From: Actinomycetes bacterium
GTDB taxonomy: Bacteria > Actinomycetota > Actinomycetes > Mycobacteriales > SCTD01
Length of the DNA: 40,381 nucleotides
Direction of reading: 5' to 3'
Assembly (NCBI GenBank): GCA_046565705.1
Contig: JBKHYE010000022.1
Coordinates: forward strand, 1 to 40,381
In this document: positions 36,397-40,381 of the stretch, piece after piece
Layout: every line of letters starts with the position of its first letter
Numbering within the stretch: position 1 is the stretch's first letter
Notes under the pieces: generated by a model
The model's database searches: none
Told to the model about the DNA's origin: nothing
What the model saw: only the letters and a program-made list of their open reading frames with translations
Made by a program: the position numbers and the translations under genes

Positions 36397-38125
36397 GCCT
36401 GACGCTGATGTTGCTACAGCCCTTGCCCTGATCCTTCGCGGCACCCGCTCGGCCGACAGCCTTGAGAACCAGACGCTCGACTTCAAGAGCCAAAAATCGT
36501 CCGACAAGGAGACCTACCAGGACCTTGCAGAGGCTGCGGTCTGCTTCGCGAACTCAACGGGCGGTCGCATCGTCCTCGGCGTGGCCGACACGAAGCTAGG
36601 TCAGGACGCCTTCCTCGGAACCTCGCTCCCTGTAGACGTCCTACGCGCACGCATCCACGCCCTGACCGAGCCGTCGCTCGTAGTGACGGTCGAGGAGTTG
36701 CAGCACGCCGGGGTGCGACTGCTCGTTATCTCGGTGCCTGAGGGCCTCGACGTGCACTCCACCAAGAAGGGCCTCGTCACGCGCCGCTGGGGCGCCGAGT
36801 GCCTGCCAATGCGGCCGATCGACGTCAGCCGACTCGACGACGAACGCCGCGGCGCCGATTGGACCTCACAGTCCAGTGGCAGGCCGGTTGCCGACCTGGA
36901 CCCCGACGCCGTGCTACGGCTGCGCATCCTGTTGCGCAGTGCGCAGGACGAGTCGCGTCGCCAGCTAGGGACAGCTGCAGAAGTTGATCTGTTGAATGGC
37001 CTCCGGCTGATTCACGCCGACGGCAGTCTGACGCGCGCCGGCGAGATCTTGCTGTGCCAGAACGCGGCCAGCGCCGCTGAAGAGATCCTCGTCTACCAGT
37101 ACCGGCAGACACCCGGTGGCGAGGCGGCCTACGCCAAGCGCTGGGGGACTCCGATGGTCACGGCTTTCGCGGAAGCCATGGAGGTCATCACCGCCCGCGT
37201 CGGCATCACCCCCGTCAACACCTCAGGCGGTCAGCAGATCCAGGTCGAGGACTACCCGCTGTCCGCGCTGAGAGAGGCGCTGGCCAATGCGCTGCTGCAT
37301 GGCGACTACCGGGAACGGCGGCCGGTGCAGATCGAGCACTCACCGGAGTCCGTGTCCGTGCGTTCTCCGGGTCCGCTGGTAGCCGGGATCACTCCCGACA
37401 ACATCCTGACGGCCGGCTCGCGAGCACGGTTCGCCCTCCTCACTGGCGCCTGCCGAACGTTGGGGCTCGCCGAGGAGCTCGGTCAAGGCGTCGACCGGAT
37501 GTTCCGGGAGATGGCCCGGACCGGCCGCTCGACGCCGCGTGTGGAGGTAGAACGCGAAGCCAACGATCCCGCCACTCTCGTGACCTTCACCGGCGGGCCT
37601 CCCAACGTGCGGGTGACCCGCTTCGTCTCGGACTTGCCAGAGGCTGAGCGAAACGACACGGACACGCTGCTCATCGTCCTGGTCCTGTGCCGGAAGAAGA
37701 GCGTGACGGCGCGCGACGTCGCACCGGTCATCCAACGTGACCTCGCGGCGACCGAGGCGGTGCTTCGCAGGCTGTCGTCCGGCGACGCTCAGATCCTGGA
37801 ACCCACGGCCGGCACGACTGGCCGTGCCCACCCCAACTACCGCCTGCGCGGCCAGTCCCTGGCAGCGCTGGGGCCGGCCGTGACCTACCACCGCCGGTCT
37901 GCCTCCGATATCGACCGCAAGGTGGTCGAGCACGTTCGTGAGTACGACACGATCAACAGCGCAACCATCCAGCGGATCTTCGACGTAGACGTCTGGCAGG
38001 CGCGAGACATGCTGAGGGACCTCGTGGGGCGCGAGATCCTGGTGCGGGTCTCAGAACAGGCTCGTGGCCCCAAGGTCAAGTACGGGGCAGGTCCGCAGTT
38101 TCCGGAGAAGCGTGCACGCCGGTAG
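36395..38125 (+). CDS. AlbA_2 (Schlafen) domain - HATPase_c_4 - winged HTH protein (often annotated RecG-like ATP-binding protein)
   Basis: ENQTLDFK and CFANSTGGRIVLGVAD (AlbA_2); YP..ALREALANALLHGDY, SPG and EELGQGVDRM (GHKL-like); C-terminal HTH-like repeats ending in KVKY. Confidence 0.88.
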   Translation: MPDADVATALALILRGTRSADSLENQTLDFKSQKSSDKETYQDLAEAAVCFANSTGGRIVLGVADTKLGQDAFLGTSLPVDVLRARIHALTEPSLVVTVEELQHAGVRLLVISVPEGLDVHSTKKGLVTRRWGAECLPMRPIDVSRLDDERRGADWTSQSSGRPVADLDPDAVLRLRILLRSAQDESRRQLGTAAEVDLLNGLRLIHADGSLTRAGEILLCQNAASAAEEILVYQYRQTPGGEAAYAKRWGTPMVTAFAEAMEVITARVGITPVNTSGGQQIQVEDYPLSALREALANALLHGDYRERRPVQIEHSPESVSVRSPGPLVAGITPDNILTAGSRARFALLTGACRTLGLAEELGQGVDRMFREMARTGRSTPRVEVEREANDPATLVTFTGGPPNVRVTRFVSDLPEAERNDTDTLLIVLVLCRKKSVTARDVAPVIQRDLAATEAVLRRLSSGDAQILEPTAGTTGRAHPNYRLRGQSLAALGPAVTYHRRSASDIDRKVVEHVREYDTINSATIQRIFDVDVWQARDMLRDLVGREILVRVSEQARGPKVKYGAGPQFPEKRARR

Positions 38126-38392
38126 GCGGCTGCACGTCTGACGGTCGCCGGAGTCCGCATCATCCTCATCTGCCCGGGTGGTGTGGCCGTCACGGGGCTA
38201 CTGTCTCAGCCCGCAACACCTTGTGCCCTGAAGGCTGCGCGAGGGAGGGCAGCGGGGCGGGTGTGCGCACTCGGAGCGGTCGCCAGGGGCAGAGACGGTC
38301 GTCTGTCCGCGAGCGGTCATGCATGCCTTAGGCGGTGCCTGATGCGCGGGGGACGGGGGCCGAGACCGTGGCCATCGGCACCTTCCTCACGT

Positions 38393-39175
38393 TCAGCAGC
38401 AGGATACCGAGACCGCTTGCAGGCTGAGCTCTCGGATACGAGCGTTCCTGGCGTTGACGAAGGCGATGGTCCGCTCGCGGTACTGCGCGTAGTCGGTCGC
38501 GTTACGGGCGAACGCTGGAGAGCTGAACTCCGTGATCGTCTCGCCAGTCATCAGGGAGGTGACGGCGTCTCGGTTCTGCGTCACGAGATCGTCGAGGATG
38601 AAGAAGCGCACGTAGGTATCGAAGTCCCTGAACAGCGCGAAGTAGTCGGCGTAGTAGGCAAGGCGTGTGCCGAGCGGGTTCTCGGCCTCGGGCTCGCCGT
38701 AGTGACGCCGAATGCACTCGAGGGTGATGTCGAAGCGGTCGGCGATCTGCGGGTGCATGCCGCGCGACTGGTTGATCGAGTGGCCCGTCTGGCCGGCTCT
38801 GTTCAGTGGGAAAAGGATGTAGCCGCCGATGGTGCAAGCGAGTCGATAGAAGTCATCGGCGTCCCTCGCGATTTCCGCGACCACGTCGGGAGTGAACCGC
38901 TTGGTCCAGCCGCTGGTTGACCACGTCGGAATGATTCCGTCGCTGCTGAGGTAAAACTCGTCGCTGTCGCCGGAACGAAGGCGGATTCCGCAGGAGCGGC
39001 CGCTGGTGACCTCGAGCTTGAAGGGCGCGACGCCAAGCACCGGGCGACCCCACAAAGCAAAATGCCACTGGTAAAGACGCGGGCAGTCACGATCCGGGTC
39101 ACCGCCATCGCGGTAGTGCGACGCGAAGTCGCGATCCGGATCGATCAGTTCGGTCGTAGTCACGGTCGCCATCAT
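38393..39175 (-). CDS. DUF6994-like hypothetical protein
   Basis: DPD..LY.WH..LW, LSSDGI, TIGGYILFP, INQSRG...IADRFDITLECIRRHY and YFALF.DF..YV.FF.LDDLV. Confidence 0.75.
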   Translation of the reverse strand: MMATVTTTELIDPDRDFASHYRDGGDPDRDCPRLYQWHFALWGRPVLGVAPFKLEVTSGRSCGIRLRSGDSDEFYLSSDGIIPTWSTSGWTKRFTPDVVAEIARDADDFYRLACTIGGYILFPLNRAGQTGHSINQSRGMHPQIADRFDITLECIRRHYGEPEAENPLGTRLAYYADYFALFRDFDTYVRFFILDDLVTQNRDAVTSLMTGETITEFSSPAFARNATDYAQYRERTIAFVNARNARIRELSLQAVSVSCC

Positions 39176-39458
39176 GCATGAAGTGCCGCCCCCGAGGCGT
39201 CCCCGACCGAGACGATCGCCGAGCTGCGAAATCGTTCACGGGGAGAGAGTTGAGGCCGCCGATAGCCACGGCTTGTCGACTGCCGGGAACGCCTGTTACG
39301 GCCAACTGTCCGCGGCGCGCGGGTGATTGCACCCGTCAGTGTGCGTACACAAGCGCATCCGCCCACGAACGTCCGCTCATGCCGCACGGTGCGCTTCCCG
39401 AGCGGGCAGAACGGGCGCTTCTTTTCGGGCTCGCGGGCCGTGTCGTCGGCCCGTCGGC

Positions 39459-40381
39459 TCAGCGTTCGCTGAGGCCGGCACCGTCGGTCGCATCGGGCCC
39501 GCTTCCTCGGGTGGACTCGATGGCGTCGCGGTAGGCGACGACCGCCGACACGCGCCGGTGCGTCGTTGGCTCGTCGCTGACCTGGAGCTTGCGGAAGATG
39601 GACGTCGCGTGCTTCTCGACTGAGGACAGCGACAAGTGCAGCGACTTCGCGATCTGTGGGTTGGACATCCCGCCCGCCATCGCCTCGAGGACCGTCAGCT
39701 CTCGCGCTGTCAGGCCGCTCATGGCCCCAGGCGCCGCGTCTGGTCGAAGGAGCGGCCGCCTGCTGCTGCGCAGTCCGGCGAGCTCGTTCGACAGAGCGTC
39801 GAGGTGCCGAACGACGGGACCGAAGGCGAGGGCGAGCGGGAGAACCGGCGCTGCCAGCAGGAACAGCGCCGTGACGACGCCCTGCTGCTCGGTTCCCAGA
39901 GCCGTGCCTGCGATGACCAGCGTGGCGATCACCGCCAGGGCGGCGATCGGCCAGCGCATCGCGACCCGCTGGTTGCGGTTCCCGCGCCGGTAGCGCACCA
40001 CGAACGTGATGACCGCCAGCAACGGCAGCACCATGAGGGGGGCGACGGTGACGGCTGCGACGCCCGCCGGCAGCAGGTGGACCACCGGCCCCAGCTCGCG
40101 CCCCTCGTCCAGCACGGACGGCGTCGGACCGGACACCGCTGCCAACATCGGACCGGTGAGACCGACCAGCACCGCCCCGCCGACGAGCTTGGCACTTGGC
40201 CGCTGATCCGGGTACACCGCTGCGAGCCAAACAAGGGCGACGAACCCGCCGACGAAGAGCAGCTGCGTGGTCAGATGGATCCAGTCGGCGGCGGCACCGT
40301 CAGCAGCGAGCGCCTGTCGTGCCCCCAGCAACGCGACGACGTGCAAAGACCCCAGGGCGGCGAGGCCGCCGGCCACGCGCA
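39459..40381 (-). CDS. multi-TM protein with C-terminal LuxR-type HTH (5' end outside the window)
   Basis: About 6 hydrophobic segments followed by LTARELTVLEAMAGGMSNPQIAKSLHLSLSSVEKHATSIFRKL..HRRVSAV. Confidence 0.82.
   Translation of the reverse strand, partial: RVAGGLAALGSLHVVALLGARQALAADGAAADWIHLTTQLLFVGGFVALVWLAAVYPDQRPSAKLVGGAVLVGLTGPMLAAVSGPTPSVLDEGRELGPVVHLLPAGVAAVTVAPLMVLPLLAVITFVVRYRRGNRNQRVAMRWPIAALAVIATLVIAGTALGTEQQGVVTALFLLAAPVLPLALAFGPVVRHLDALSNELAGLRSSRRPLLRPDAAPGAMSGLTARELTVLEAMAGGMSNPQIAKSLHLSLSSVEKHATSIFRKLQVSDEPTTHRRVSAVVAYRDAIESTRGSGPDATDGAGLSER

Noticed and set aside
36395-38125. True RecG helicase
   Set aside because: No SF2 helicase motifs; the RecG label for this family reflects only the HATPase_c_4 domain name.

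Overview
High-GC actinobacterial-type chromosomal segment. The left ~31.8 kb is mostly housekeeping/metabolic: the 3' end of an IS30-family element at the window edge, kynA-kynU, an NrtR-like Nudix regulator, Fpg/Nei glycosylase, an Xre-HTH fusion, several oxidoreductases, GDPD, an anti-sigma-type kinase, a SEC-C protein with no canonical start codon, arcA with a heme-oxygenase-like diiron enzyme, larB-larC, pheA, a secreted metzincin, an SQR-like flavoprotein, a CitAB-type two-component system with dctA, MarR-GNAT, a cysteine-synthase-like enzyme and a MetPS-type NSS transporter. From ~31.9 kb there is a defence-island-like accessory region: a truncated, doubly frameshifted type I hsdM, two tandem Uma2 nucleases, a nuclease+DUF2075 (Schlafen-group-3-like) helicase head-to-head with an AlbA_2(Schlafen)-HATPase-wHTH gene carrying a perfectly symmetric operator-like repeat, and a DUF6994-like gene, followed by a membrane-anchored LuxR protein. 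Non-coding highlights are a ~52 bp palindromic REP-like repeat (4 copies), a malic-enzyme remnant after dctA and several operator-like motifs. All family calls come from motif recognition by eye; no database searches were run.
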